Assembly (NCBI GenBank): GCA_947646095.1
Contig: CANSFI010000001.1
Coordinates: forward strand, 8,402 to 72,401
Direction: 5' to 3'
Source of the DNA: an uncultured Mycoplasmatota bacterium
GTDB taxonomy: Bacteria; Bacillota_I; Bacilli_A; RF39; UBA660
DNA: 64,000 nt
Shown: in pieces, positions 18,367 to 28,189 of the stretch
Numbering within the stretch: position 1 is the first letter of the stretch
Layout of the letters: the number at the start of each line of letters is the position of its first letter
The notes under the pieces: generated by a model
Seen by the model: the letters and a program-made list of their open reading frames with translations, nothing else
Databases searched by the model: none
What the model was told of the DNA's origin: nothing
Position numbers and translations under genes: made by a program

Positions 18367-18840
18367 ATGAAAAGAATTCTAGCTGTTTTAGCACTTATTT
18401 GTTTAATTGGTATTTCTGGTTGTACACCAGTAGAAGAAGGAATTTATAAAGAAGGAACATATTATGGAACAGCACTTGATAATTATGGTGGAGAAAATAA
18501 TACAGTCATAGCTGTTGTGTATGTAGGTAGTGAAGGTTTGATAAAATCAGTATATTTAGATACAACAATTGCTAAAGAAGAACTTATCACTACTAAAAAA
18601 GCTTTAGGTCAAGATTACGGTATGAAAGAAACATCAAAAAATAAAGGAGTAATCGAAAATGGAGCAGAATGGGATGAACAAGTAAAAAACTTGGAAAATA
18701 AAATAATAGAAGAACAAAATTTAGATTGGATAAATTGGAGTGATTCCAAAAAAACAGTTACCGATTCAGTTAGTGGTGTTACTATCAAAATAAATGCTTT
18801 GGTTGAAGCCGTAACTAAAGCTATAGAACAAGCAAAATGA
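18367..18840 (+). CDS. FMN-binding-domain lipoprotein, a likely ApbE substrate
   Basis: Lipobox LIGISG|C. GTYYGTA...VIAVVYVGSEGLIKSVYLD. C-terminal TDSVSGVTIKINALVEAV resembles the Dxx(S/T)GA(T/S) flavinylation motif. Confidence 0.65.
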   Translation: MKRILAVLALICLIGISGCTPVEEGIYKEGTYYGTALDNYGGENNTVIAVVYVGSEGLIKSVYLDTTIAKEELITTKKALGQDYGMKETSKNKGVIENGAEWDEQVKNLENKIIEEQNLDWINWSDSKKTVTDSVSGVTIKINALVEAVTKAIEQAK

Positions 18841-18884
18841 TTACTGAATTAATCGGTAATTTTTTGATGTATATAGGAGGAATT

Positions 18885-19586
18885 ATGAATAAAAGAAATA
18901 TCATTATAAGTTTAATTTTTATGTTAATATTAGTTTTGTTGTTTATAGTATTTAAACCTAAAAAGAAAAAAACGAAAGAAATAGAAGAAATAATATGTAC
19001 AAAGAATTGTAAAAGTGGTGACACTATGAAATTAAAAGATGGAAGTATTTGGCATGTTATTTCATATAGTAAATCTAAAGTCATATTATTTAGTGATGCT
19101 AATATAGACTTAGAAGGTAATTATTTGCCAGTTGATAAAACATCACTTAGAAATACAGGACAACCAGTAGCGTTCGATAAGAAAAATGTAAGAACAACCG
19201 AAAAAAATCCATATTGCATTTATCCTGATTTAGGATGTAGTGTTTACGAAAAAAATAATATTGATGTTTTTGAAGATAGTAGTATAAAGAAATTAATTGA
19301 TACTAAATTTGTACCAAAAATAAAGGAAACATTAGAAACTGATGATATAATTGTTCGTTTATTAAAACGTGATGAGTTTTTATTTTTTAAAGAACTACAA
19401 AATCAAAACAAAACATATTATAATTGGTTATATTATAGTGGATATTGGTTAATATCAGGTTATAATCAATATAGTGTTTATGCTATAGAAGAAGGAAAAG
19501 AACAAATTAGTAATATTACACCATATATAGCTTATAAAGTAGGAATACGACCTGTAATAGAGGTTAGTTCAGATTTATTTAAATAG
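18885..19586 (+). CDS. Membrane-anchored extracellular protein sharing the pilin C-terminal module
   Basis: RBS AGGAGG before ATG 18885 and an N-terminal TM. C-terminal GYWLISG...VGIRPVIEVS parallels AYWLST...G[LV]RPVIKIS of pilin paralogs 1 and 3. Confidence 0.55.
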   Translation: MNKRNIIISLIFMLILVLLFIVFKPKKKKTKEIEEIICTKNCKSGDTMKLKDGSIWHVISYSKSKVILFSDANIDLEGNYLPVDKTSLRNTGQPVAFDKKNVRTTEKNPYCIYPDLGCSVYEKNNIDVFEDSSIKKLIDTKFVPKIKETLETDDIIVRLLKRDEFLFFKELQNQNKTYYNWLYYSGYWLISGYNQYSVYAIEEGKEQISNITPYIAYKVGIRPVIEVSSDLFK

Positions 19587-19654
19587 TTTAAAACACTATA
19601 CAATTATGTCGAATTTTGTTATAATATATTTGGAAAAAGTAGAGAGGAGATATT

Positions 19655-21721
19655 ATGAAACGAATAAGTATAATTATATGTTTAGTATTTTTTTCTCTTT
19701 TTATTAACTTAAATATAGTTAGTGCTAAATCTACAGCCTCAACAGGAGTAAATGAATTATATATAAGATCATTGCCAACTACAGATTCTTTAGCGCAATT
19801 TAAAATCCCTCATAGTACAACAATTACTTTAATAAGTGATACCGAAAAAAGTGGTAATGGTTGTGATAAAAATTGGTTTCAAATTGAGTACGATAAATAT
19901 TCAGGATATGTATGTAGTGAATATTTAACTAATATAAATTGGGAACAAACCAAAGAAAGTAATGAAAATATAGATAATGGTGAAACAACTGAAACTAATA
20001 ATACTAAAAGTAATGAAACGTTATATCTTCAAGAATTAGCTAAATTTCCAGATAGTTATAAATCTAAAATAGAAGCTTTACATAAAATCTATCCTAATGC
20101 TATTTTTAAAGCTCAGAATATTAATACAACTTTTGATAACTTTTCTACTTATCAATATAAAGGCTATGATAAGGGTAGTTTATCAGGCTGTTCAATTGGG
20201 ATAGCTGTAGGAAGAAGTTTAATAGAAGATACTAATGGTAGTCGTGATGGATTAAAATCATTAGAATCTTGGGCATACAATCCATTAACAGATACTTTTA
20301 ATACATCTTATTATGGTGGAGAACAAGGGAGATGGTATGCTCCAAGTCTAGATACAGTAAAATACTATGTTGATCCTAGAAATTTTTTAAATAGTACTAA
20401 AGTATTTATGTTTGAGCAACTTTCATATGCTGGTGATTATTATACTGAAGAAAATATTGAAAAAATGCTAAAAGGGACATTTATGTCTAATAAAAATGTA
20501 AGTGGTAGAGATAATAAAACATTTGCCCAAACTTTCTTAGATGCAGGAAAAACCCATAATGTAAATCCTTATTTTTTAGTTTCTCGAGTTATTCAAGAAA
20601 TCGGAACAACAAGAACAACTATGGTAAGTGGTACTTGGACTGAATATAATAAAGCTTATTATGGATATTATAATTTTTACAATATTAAGGCAGCTGGAAA
20701 TAGTGTTAATGAAACTATTAAAAATGGTTTAGCTCATGCTAAAAGTCAAGGATGGAATAACGAATACGATGCTATTGTTGGGGGAGCTAAATTTTTGGCT
20801 CAAGATTATATATCTCAAGGACAAAATACTACATATTTTCAAAAATTTGATGTATATGGTCCATGCTATGCTTATCATCAATATATGCAAAATATTGAAG
20901 CGCCATATCATGAAGTAAATAAAGTTTATAATACCTATAATAGTACTGGTTTACTTCAAAGTAATTTTGTATTTGTGATTCCAGTTTATAATAATATGCC
21001 TACAAGTACATCACTTCCAGATTCTAGAAGTAGTAATAATTATTTAAGAGATTTAACAATCAATGGTACTACTATTAATGGATTTAATTATCAAAAGAAT
21101 GAATATACTATTAATGTTTCTCCTTTAATATCTTCAGTAGAAATAGCAGTTACTAAAGCAAGTCAAAAATCTAGTGTTACAGGAACAGGAAGTTTTAACT
21201 TAACAGGTACTAGTCAAACTAAAGAAATTGTTGTTACTGCTCAAAATGGAACTAAAAGAACATATAAAATAACAGTAACAAAAGATACTAATATTCCAAT
21301 TAGTATTAGTGAAATTTTAAATACAATGTTAGTTAATAGTGATGGAACATATATTAGTAGTATAAAATTAAATACAAAAGTTAGTGAATTTATTGAAAGT
21401 GCTAAAAAAGTAGATAGTAAAGCTAGTGTTACAGTAAAAAATAAACAAGGAAATCAAATTCTTGCAACAGGAGATAGTGTAACTATTACAAGTGGTAATG
21501 ATACTAAAACATTTACTGTTGTAATATATGGAGACTTAACAGGTGATGGCATTATAAATTCAGCTGATTTACTTAAAATGCGTCAACATTTAATTGGTTC
21601 AACTAAATTAGCAAAAGCTTACAATATAGCTGCTAATATTAACAAAGATGAAGTTATAAATTCAGGAGATTTACTTAAACTTCGTCAGCACTTAATTGGT
21701 TCTGCAACCATCGTTCAGTAG
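19655..21721 (+). CDS. Secreted SH3b / N-acetylglucosaminidase / cadherin-like beta-sandwich / dockerin protein
   Basis: Signal peptide. SH3b-like NELYIRSLPT...YSGYVCSEYL. Glucosaminidase FLDAGKTHNVNPYFLVSRVIQEIG. NNYLRDLTINGTTINGFNYQKNEYTINV repeat. Two dockerin segments, GDLTGDGIINSADLLKMRQHLIG and NINKDEVINSGDLLKLRQHLIG. Confidence 0.8.
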   Translation: MKRISIIICLVFFSLFINLNIVSAKSTASTGVNELYIRSLPTTDSLAQFKIPHSTTITLISDTEKSGNGCDKNWFQIEYDKYSGYVCSEYLTNINWEQTKESNENIDNGETTETNNTKSNETLYLQELAKFPDSYKSKIEALHKIYPNAIFKAQNINTTFDNFSTYQYKGYDKGSLSGCSIGIAVGRSLIEDTNGSRDGLKSLESWAYNPLTDTFNTSYYGGEQGRWYAPSLDTVKYYVDPRNFLNSTKVFMFEQLSYAGDYYTEENIEKMLKGTFMSNKNVSGRDNKTFAQTFLDAGKTHNVNPYFLVSRVIQEIGTTRTTMVSGTWTEYNKAYYGYYNFYNIKAAGNSVNETIKNGLAHAKSQGWNNEYDAIVGGAKFLAQDYISQGQNTTYFQKFDVYGPCYAYHQYMQNIEAPYHEVNKVYNTYNSTGLLQSNFVFVIPVYNNMPTSTSLPDSRSSNNYLRDLTINGTTINGFNYQKNEYTINVSPLISSVEIAVTKASQKSSVTGTGSFNLTGTSQTKEIVVTAQNGTKRTYKITVTKDTNIPISISEILNTMLVNSDGTYISSIKLNTKVSEFIESAKKVDSKASVTVKNKQGNQILATGDSVTITSGNDTKTFTVVIYGDLTGDGIINSADLLKMRQHLIGSTKLAKAYNIAANINKDEVINSGDLLKLRQHLIGSATIVQ

Positions 21722-21734
21722 GAGGTAAAATAAA

Positions 21735-23195
21735 GTGAAAAAAGTAAGTATGATTTTAGTAGGAATATTTTGTTTGTTTTTAGGGATCGATAAGATATTT
21801 GCTGCTGGTAGTATTAATGTTAATAAATCAAGTATGTATTTAGGTGATTCAGTTACTGTATCAGTTACGGTTACAAATGCTGCTGCTTGGGAAATTCATG
21901 TAGGTGTTAGTGGCTCAGCTAGTGCTTCTAATTGTGGTACTTTAAATTGGGCAGATAGTGATGCTAATGCTCAAAATACTTCTCGTACATATACAACTAC
22001 TTGTAAACCAACTAAAACAGGTAGTGTTAATTTTGTACTAAGTGGTAACACAACAGATGCTTTTGGTAATACAGTTAATATATCAGGTAGTAGGACTGTT
22101 TATATTAATAATAAACCAACAACTCCTTCTAATAATACTCAAACAACTAAACCAAATAATAGTACTCAAAATAATAATGGTACAGTAACGCCTAAATCAT
22201 CAGTTAACTATTTAAAATCTTTAGAAATAGAAGGTAAACAAATAAATCCTAAATTTAATAAAGAAACATTAGAATATTCTATTGAATTAGAATCAGGTAC
22301 TACTAGTATTAATATAAAAGCAACTCCTGAAGATAATAAAGCTAATATAGTTGGGACAGGTATAAAAAAAGTTACAGAAGGGGTTAATAACTTTGAGATA
22401 GTAGTTACTGCTGAAAATGGAAGTAAAAGAACCTATAAACTAAAAGCCACAGTTAAAGAAAAAGATCCTATTATTGTTACAGTTGATAATGAAGAATATA
22501 CTGTTATAAGAAAAAGAGATCAGTTAATAAGTGCTAGTGCCTTTTATAGTGAAAGTACTGTTAAAATAAATGATGAAGATATACCAGCCTATTTTGGAGA
22601 AGTTACAGGTTATACTTTAGTAGGACTTAAAAATAGTGAAGGAATTATTAATTTATTTATTTATGATGAAGATAAAAATAGTTATAAATTATATAGAGAG
22701 TTTAACTTTTCTAGAACTGTTTTTTATCCAGTAGATGTTTCTTCAAAATTAATACCTAAAAATTATTTTAAATATACTACTACTATAGATGGTATAGAAG
22801 TCCCTTGTTATAAAATGGATAAAGATGATGAATTTTTACTTTTATATGGTGTCAATATAGAAAATAACAATAAAGGCTTTTATATTTATGATCCTACTGA
22901 AAATACTTTACAAAGATATAATGACAAAATATTTGATAAAGTAAATGATGAAATTAAAGTATTAGAAGCCATAATTATTGGTTTAGTTGGTGTAATAATA
23001 GTAATTGTAATCGTAGCTGCATTTCAAGGAAGTATGGGTAAAAAAGGAACTAAAAAAACAAAAAAAGTTCATAAAGCAAAAAAAATGGGAAATATTAAAG
23101 AAGAAGTCAAAGAAAATAAAGTATTAGAGGAACCAAAAGTAGAAAAATTCGATACTGAAAGAATTGATATTAATGATATAAATATTAATAAATAA
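21735..23195 (+). CDS. C-terminally anchored surface protein with a cadherin-like beta-sandwich domain
   Basis: GTG start with RBS AGGAGG, and a signal peptide. About 100-aa beta-rich N-domain, T/N/P linker, VNYLKSLEIEGKQINPKFNKETLEYSI domain, C-terminal TM IIIGLVGVIIVIVIVAAF and a K-rich tail. Confidence 0.6.
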   Translation: MKKVSMILVGIFCLFLGIDKIFAAGSINVNKSSMYLGDSVTVSVTVTNAAAWEIHVGVSGSASASNCGTLNWADSDANAQNTSRTYTTTCKPTKTGSVNFVLSGNTTDAFGNTVNISGSRTVYINNKPTTPSNNTQTTKPNNSTQNNNGTVTPKSSVNYLKSLEIEGKQINPKFNKETLEYSIELESGTTSINIKATPEDNKANIVGTGIKKVTEGVNNFEIVVTAENGSKRTYKLKATVKEKDPIIVTVDNEEYTVIRKRDQLISASAFYSESTVKINDEDIPAYFGEVTGYTLVGLKNSEGIINLFIYDEDKNSYKLYREFNFSRTVFYPVDVSSKLIPKNYFKYTTTIDGIEVPCYKMDKDDEFLLLYGVNIENNNKGFYIYDPTENTLQRYNDKIFDKVNDEIKVLEAIIIGLVGVIIVIVIVAAFQGSMGKKGTKKTKKVHKAKKMGNIKEEVKENKVLEEPKVEKFDTERIDINDININK

Positions 23196-23308
23196 GTTTT
23201 AGCAGCTTTGAATAGAATTTTATTAATTTAACTATAATGATAATAGGTGAGTATATGAAAAAAAGATAAATAATTATATCTATTAGTCTTATTATTGTTT
23301 TAGGTTTA

Positions 23309-24520
23309 TTGATTGGATTAATTGTTTATAAAAAACATATCATAGATTTAAAAAATAGAGAAATAGAAAAACAAAAACAAGAAGAAAATTTGGTAAAAAA
23401 GATTAAAGATAGTTATAATGATTATGTTAGCACTAATAAAGATTCTAAATTATATTTATTAGAAAATAATAAATATAAAGAAATTGGAACTATTTCTAAA
23501 GATACAATTATAAATTTAGAAGCAACAGATATAACATTAGAAACTAAATACTTTAAAATAGTAGGTTTAGATAGTGATTACTATATTAGTTATGAAGATA
23601 TCGTAAAAACAGAAGCAAAAGAAAAAAACAAACGTTATTTAAATTATATAAAATTAGATAAACAAATAATTACAAAAGATAAGACTAATTTTTATCTAAA
23701 TGATAAATTAATATATAGTATTGATAAATCATTTACTTTTCCAATTTATATGATCGATAATGATAAATATTATATTGAATATGATGGGAATCTTATGTAT
23801 GTTTTAAAAGATGATATTAAAGAGATCAAAGATGTTAAAAATAATGATGAATATGCAAAAGAAATGGCTGTAATTGTTTATCATTTCGTGTATGATTCAT
23901 CAAAAAATGAAGAATGTAATCAATCTATATGTCACTCTGTAACACAATTTAATAGTCACTTAGATTATATTAAAAATAATAACTTTTTTACACCAACTAT
24001 GCATGAATTTGAGCTTTTTATGGATGGAAAGATAAAATTGCCTAAAAAAAGTGTTATGATAACTATTGATGATGGTTGGTATGCTCATAATGCTTCTAGA
24101 CTTCTTACTGAACATAAACTAAATGGAACAGTATTCTTAATCACTAAAAGTTATGAAAAAGAATATGTTGCAACAGAATATGTAGAAGCACATTCTCATA
24201 CTCATGATATGCATAATCCTGGTATTTGTCCCGGTGGTCAAGGTGGAGGAATAAAATGTTTATCTAAAAGTGTTATTTTAAATGATTTAAAAACTAGCAG
24301 CGAAAAACTAGGTGGTTCAAAAGCGTTATGTTATCCATTTTATGAATATAATGATTATTCAATATCAGTTCTAAAGGAAGCTGGATATACTTTAGGATTT
24401 GCAGGATATATGGCAAATGGAACCATAAAGGCAAGAGTAGGAGCAGATAAATATAAAATTCCTAGAGTTACAATGGTAAATAATAGTAGCGTTGAATATT
24501 TAGCAAGCATAATAAATTAG
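23309..24520 (+). CDS. Polysaccharide deacetylase (NodB homology) with a damaged 5' end
   Basis: VMITIDDGWYAHN, HSHTHDMH, ALCYPFYEY motifs. ATG 23255 with RBS GGTGA is in-frame but interrupted by TAA at codon 5 (23267-23269). The ORF-track start is a TTG inside the TM anchor. Confidence 0.7.
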   Translation: MIGLIVYKKHIIDLKNREIEKQKQEENLVKKIKDSYNDYVSTNKDSKLYLLENNKYKEIGTISKDTIINLEATDITLETKYFKIVGLDSDYYISYEDIVKTEAKEKNKRYLNYIKLDKQIITKDKTNFYLNDKLIYSIDKSFTFPIYMIDNDKYYIEYDGNLMYVLKDDIKEIKDVKNNDEYAKEMAVIVYHFVYDSSKNEECNQSICHSVTQFNSHLDYIKNNNFFTPTMHEFELFMDGKIKLPKKSVMITIDDGWYAHNASRLLTEHKLNGTVFLITKSYEKEYVATEYVEAHSHTHDMHNPGICPGGQGGGIKCLSKSVILNDLKTSSEKLGGSKALCYPFYEYNDYSISVLKEAGYTLGFAGYMANGTIKARVGADKYKIPRVTMVNNSSVEYLASIIN

Positions 24521-24529
24521 AGGTGAATT

Positions 24530-25699
24530 ATGAAAAAAAATATTTTATTTGTAATAGATGAGAGAAGAATGGGGGGAGTTTCTGTTCTTCTTCAAGATAT
24601 TGTTAATATTATTAATATTGATAAATACAATATAGATATTTTGTGCTTACATAATAATGGAGAAATGTTAAATAATTTGCCTGATGGAGTAAATTTAATA
24701 TTTGGCACTAAATATTTTGAAGCTATAGATTATACATATAAAGAGGTTTTAAAAAGTAAAAATTTAAATTTAATTTTAAAAAAATTATGGATTATTTTAG
24801 ACATGAAAACAGGAAAAATTAAAAACAAGTTAAAAAAGGAGCGTGTTAAAATATTACAAAAAAAATATGATGTAGAAATAGCTTTTAAAGATGGTTTTAC
24901 AGCTTTATTTACAGCATTTGGAAATTCAAAAAAAAAGGTTCATTGGTTACATTATGAATATATAAAAACTAACCCTAATGAAAAATATGACAAATTATTT
25001 AAAAAAATTTTGCCGATATTTGATAAAATAGTAGCAGTATCTTCTGGAGTAAAAGAAGCTTTTAATAATATTTATCATTTAGAGGAAAAAACTATTGTTA
25101 TTAATAATTTGATCGATACAGATAGAATTATTGAAAAATCAAAAGAAGATGTTGATGTTATATTAGATAAAAAACAATTTAATGCTGTAAGCGTTGGAAG
25201 ATTACATCCAATGAAAGGATATGATCGATTAGTAAAAATATTAAATAATTTAAATATAGAAAATATGTTGCCTAAAAATTTTGTATTTAGATTATATGGA
25301 GATGGTCCAGATAGAAATTTATTGGAAAATCTAATTGTTAAATATCATTTGGAAGATAAAGTAAAATTAATGGGACAAGTTATGAATCCTTATAAGTATA
25401 TAAAGAGTTCAGATTTATTTTTAATGCCATCAAATTATGAACCATTTGGTTTAGTAATTGTTGAATCAATGGTTTTGAATGTTCCTGTGATCGCAACAAG
25501 TAATGCGGCAACTAAAAAATTAATAAATCATGATTTTAATGGGTATATAGTAGAAAACTCAGATAAAGGTCTTTATAATGGTTTAAAATATTTATTTGAA
25601 AACTTAGATAAAATAAAATACTATAAATCGAATCTAAAATATTACGAGTATAAAAATAATAAAATAATCAAACAAATAAATGAGGTGCTAGATATATGA
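24530..25699 (+). CDS. Glycosyltransferase family 4
   Basis: GGVSVLL N-terminus. VGRLHPMKGYDRL...LFLMPSNYEPFGLVIVESM motif. Confidence 0.8.
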   Translation: MKKNILFVIDERRMGGVSVLLQDIVNIINIDKYNIDILCLHNNGEMLNNLPDGVNLIFGTKYFEAIDYTYKEVLKSKNLNLILKKLWIILDMKTGKIKNKLKKERVKILQKKYDVEIAFKDGFTALFTAFGNSKKKVHWLHYEYIKTNPNEKYDKLFKKILPIFDKIVAVSSGVKEAFNNIYHLEEKTIVINNLIDTDRIIEKSKEDVDVILDKKQFNAVSVGRLHPMKGYDRLVKILNNLNIENMLPKNFVFRLYGDGPDRNLLENLIVKYHLEDKVKLMGQVMNPYKYIKSSDLFLMPSNYEPFGLVIVESMVLNVPVIATSNAATKKLINHDFNGYIVENSDKGLYNGLKYLFENLDKIKYYKSNLKYYEYKNNKIIKQINEVLDI

Positions 25700-27228
25700 A
25701 AGATAAGATAAGGGAATTAATTAAAAATAATAAAAATTTGTTGGGATTATTATGTCTTTTTATCATAATACAACCAATTTTAGATATAAATTGTTTATTT
25801 AGAAATAAGAATTTACAATTATTTGGATTTACAATTCCAACATTAGTTAGATGCTTGTTTATAGGTATATTAACATTAATAACTATAAAAAACGCTAAAA
25901 ATAAAAAAAATTATATATATCTTTCTATTTATTTTGGTGTTATTTTAGTATATACTATTATTCATCATTTAATTTCAAGTGATCAAAATATTGTTATACC
26001 TACATCATATGCATATTCTTTATTTTCAGAATTATTTTATATTATAAGGATGATTTTGCCACTTACCATAATTTATTTTACTAAAAAATCAAATGTTGAT
26101 TATCAAAAATTTAGTAGAACAATATTAGTTTCTTCTTTTATAATTGGATTTGTAATATTTATTGGTAATACTTTATGCATATCATATACTTCTTATGAAA
26201 CTAAAACTAATATTACAACATTGAATTGGATTGGTTGGCTATTTAATGATTTATCAAAGTATAATTATAATGAATTAACTTCAAAAGGTTGGTTTTATAT
26301 GGCTAATCAAGTAAGTGGTCTAATGATTTTACTTTTACCATTTTGCTTATATGATGTATTAAAAAAAACTAGAAAATTCAATATTATTACTTCATTTTTA
26401 TTAATTATTTCCATGATTATGATTGGAACTAGAACAGCAGCTTATGGATGGATTTTAATATATATATGTTTAATAATTGTTTTATTTTATCTAAGGATTT
26501 TGAAAAAAGAAACTTGGTGGAATTTTAAACGTTTGATACCTTTTTTATTAATACTAGTAATAGGAATATTTTTTCTTGCTATTTCCCCTATAAATAATCG
26601 AAAATATGGTTATAAATTAGGTGATCTTAATAGTTTAGGAAAGAAACCCAGTGATGATACTTCAGTAGATATCAGAGAAAAATATATTCTTGATAGTTAT
26701 AAAGTTTTTGGTATTCAAGAAAGATATGTAAAAAAACTATATAATTATAAATTTGATTCAGATTTTTGGTTTAATGTTTTTGAATTATCTAAGAAAAATG
26801 GAGTTATAGAAAATCGAGAAATGCAAACATTGATTTCGAATAGAATTGATGAACTAAATGGGAGTAAGTTGAAATATAAATTGTTTGGTTATTCTTTTTC
26901 GAGAATGCGTAATGGTGGCATATATATGGAACACGATTTTATTGTACAAGCTTTTACTATGGGGTATATTGGTTTAATACTTTTAGTTGGACCATATATT
27001 GCTATAATGGTATTAGTTTCATTAAAAATTTTAAAGAAACTTAAAAATCAGCCAAAATTGATTAGTATAACATTTGTTATAGCGATTTGTGCACTTCTTG
27101 GAGTTTCAGTATTTTCAGGTCATATACTAGATGAACTATTCGTAACAATTTATTTAGGATTTATTTGTGGCTTCTTTTGGAAAACAACCAATATAGGAGA
27201 GGTTAAATTTGATGAAAAAGAATGTTAA
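25696..27228 (+). CDS. O-antigen ligase/polymerase-like (Wzy-type) multi-TM protein
   Basis: More than 10 TM helices. MIGTRTAAYGWILIY segment and a large loop, as in O-antigen polymerase-like proteins. Overlaps the upstream stop. Confidence 0.55.
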   Translation: MKDKIRELIKNNKNLLGLLCLFIIIQPILDINCLFRNKNLQLFGFTIPTLVRCLFIGILTLITIKNAKNKKNYIYLSIYFGVILVYTIIHHLISSDQNIVIPTSYAYSLFSELFYIIRMILPLTIIYFTKKSNVDYQKFSRTILVSSFIIGFVIFIGNTLCISYTSYETKTNITTLNWIGWLFNDLSKYNYNELTSKGWFYMANQVSGLMILLLPFCLYDVLKKTRKFNIITSFLLIISMIMIGTRTAAYGWILIYICLIIVLFYLRILKKETWWNFKRLIPFLLILVIGIFFLAISPINNRKYGYKLGDLNSLGKKPSDDTSVDIREKYILDSYKVFGIQERYVKKLYNYKFDSDFWFNVFELSKKNGVIENREMQTLISNRIDELNGSKLKYKLFGYSFSRMRNGGIYMEHDFIVQAFTMGYIGLILLVGPYIAIMVLVSLKILKKLKNQPKLISITFVIAICALLGVSVFSGHILDELFVTIYLGFICGFFWKTTNIGEVKFDEKEC

Positions 27229-28180
27229 ACTAAGTGTTATTATTCCTTGTTATAATGTAAGTGAATATATTGAAAAATGTATTTTAAGTTTGATTAATCA
27301 AACTTTGACTGATATTGAAATAATAGCAGTTAACGATGGTTCCAAAGATGATACAATAGAAAAATTAAATAAACTTGCTAAAAAATATTCTAATATTATT
27401 GTAATTAATAAAAAAAATGAAGGTGTATCAATTGCTAGAAATAGGGCTTTAGAAATCGCCCATGGAGATTATATTGGCTTTATGGATAGTGATGATTGGG
27501 CTAATAGTGATATGTATGAAAAACTATATAATAAAGCTATAAAAGGTGATTATGATATAGTTGCATGTGATACAAATGCTATATATCCAGATAATATAAA
27601 ATATATTTCTTCCAATATAGGGGATAATAGTTCTAATAGAGAACTTATGATAAATGCTTATGCAGTTATTTGGAATAAAATTTATAGAAGAAAATTGCTT
27701 GAAAATATTAAATTTAAAGAACATATGACTTTTTGTGAAGATGTTAGATTTTTATATATGATTTATTCACGAGTTAATAAAATAGGAGTAATTAAAGAAC
27801 CATTATATAACTATTTGCAAAGACAAGGATCATTAACTTATACTTACAATGAAAAATTATATCAATTAATAGAAAGTTTAGATGATATAATAGATTATTA
27901 TAAAAAAGAAAAAAAATTTAACAAATATAAAGAAGAATTAGAATATTCATATGTTAGATATTTATATGCTACTTTTATAAAAAGATTAGCAAAAACAAAA
28001 AACAAAAAAGAATTTAAAAAAGGAGTAAAATATGTAATAGAAAAAGTGAATAATACTTTTCCTAATTATAAAAAAAATAAATATATAAAAAATAAATCTT
28101 TTAAAAGTATTTATTTAAAATATTTCAATAAAACAATTTCTAAATTAGTATTTTTAAAAGAAAAAAACACTATGAATTGA
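27212..28180 (+). CDS. Glycosyltransferase family 2
   Basis: LSVIIPCYNVSEYIEKCILSLINQTLTDIEIIAVNDGSKDDT and FMDSDDW (DxD). Confidence 0.85.
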   Translation: MKKNVKLSVIIPCYNVSEYIEKCILSLINQTLTDIEIIAVNDGSKDDTIEKLNKLAKKYSNIIVINKKNEGVSIARNRALEIAHGDYIGFMDSDDWANSDMYEKLYNKAIKGDYDIVACDTNAIYPDNIKYISSNIGDNSSNRELMINAYAVIWNKIYRRKLLENIKFKEHMTFCEDVRFLYMIYSRVNKIGVIKEPLYNYLQRQGSLTYTYNEKLYQLIESLDDIIDYYKKEKKFNKYKEELEYSYVRYLYATFIKRLAKTKNKKEFKKGVKYVIEKVNNTFPNYKKNKYIKNKSFKSIYLKYFNKTISKLVFLKEKNTMN

Positions 28181-28189
28181 GGGTTATTT

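Noticed and set aside
21800-22100. Calling the N-terminal domain of ORF 21735 a cohesin.
   Set aside because: It is only about 100 aa and only the GDSVTVSVTV-like first strand resembles cohesins. It is left as an open question in the dockerin finding rather than a feature call.
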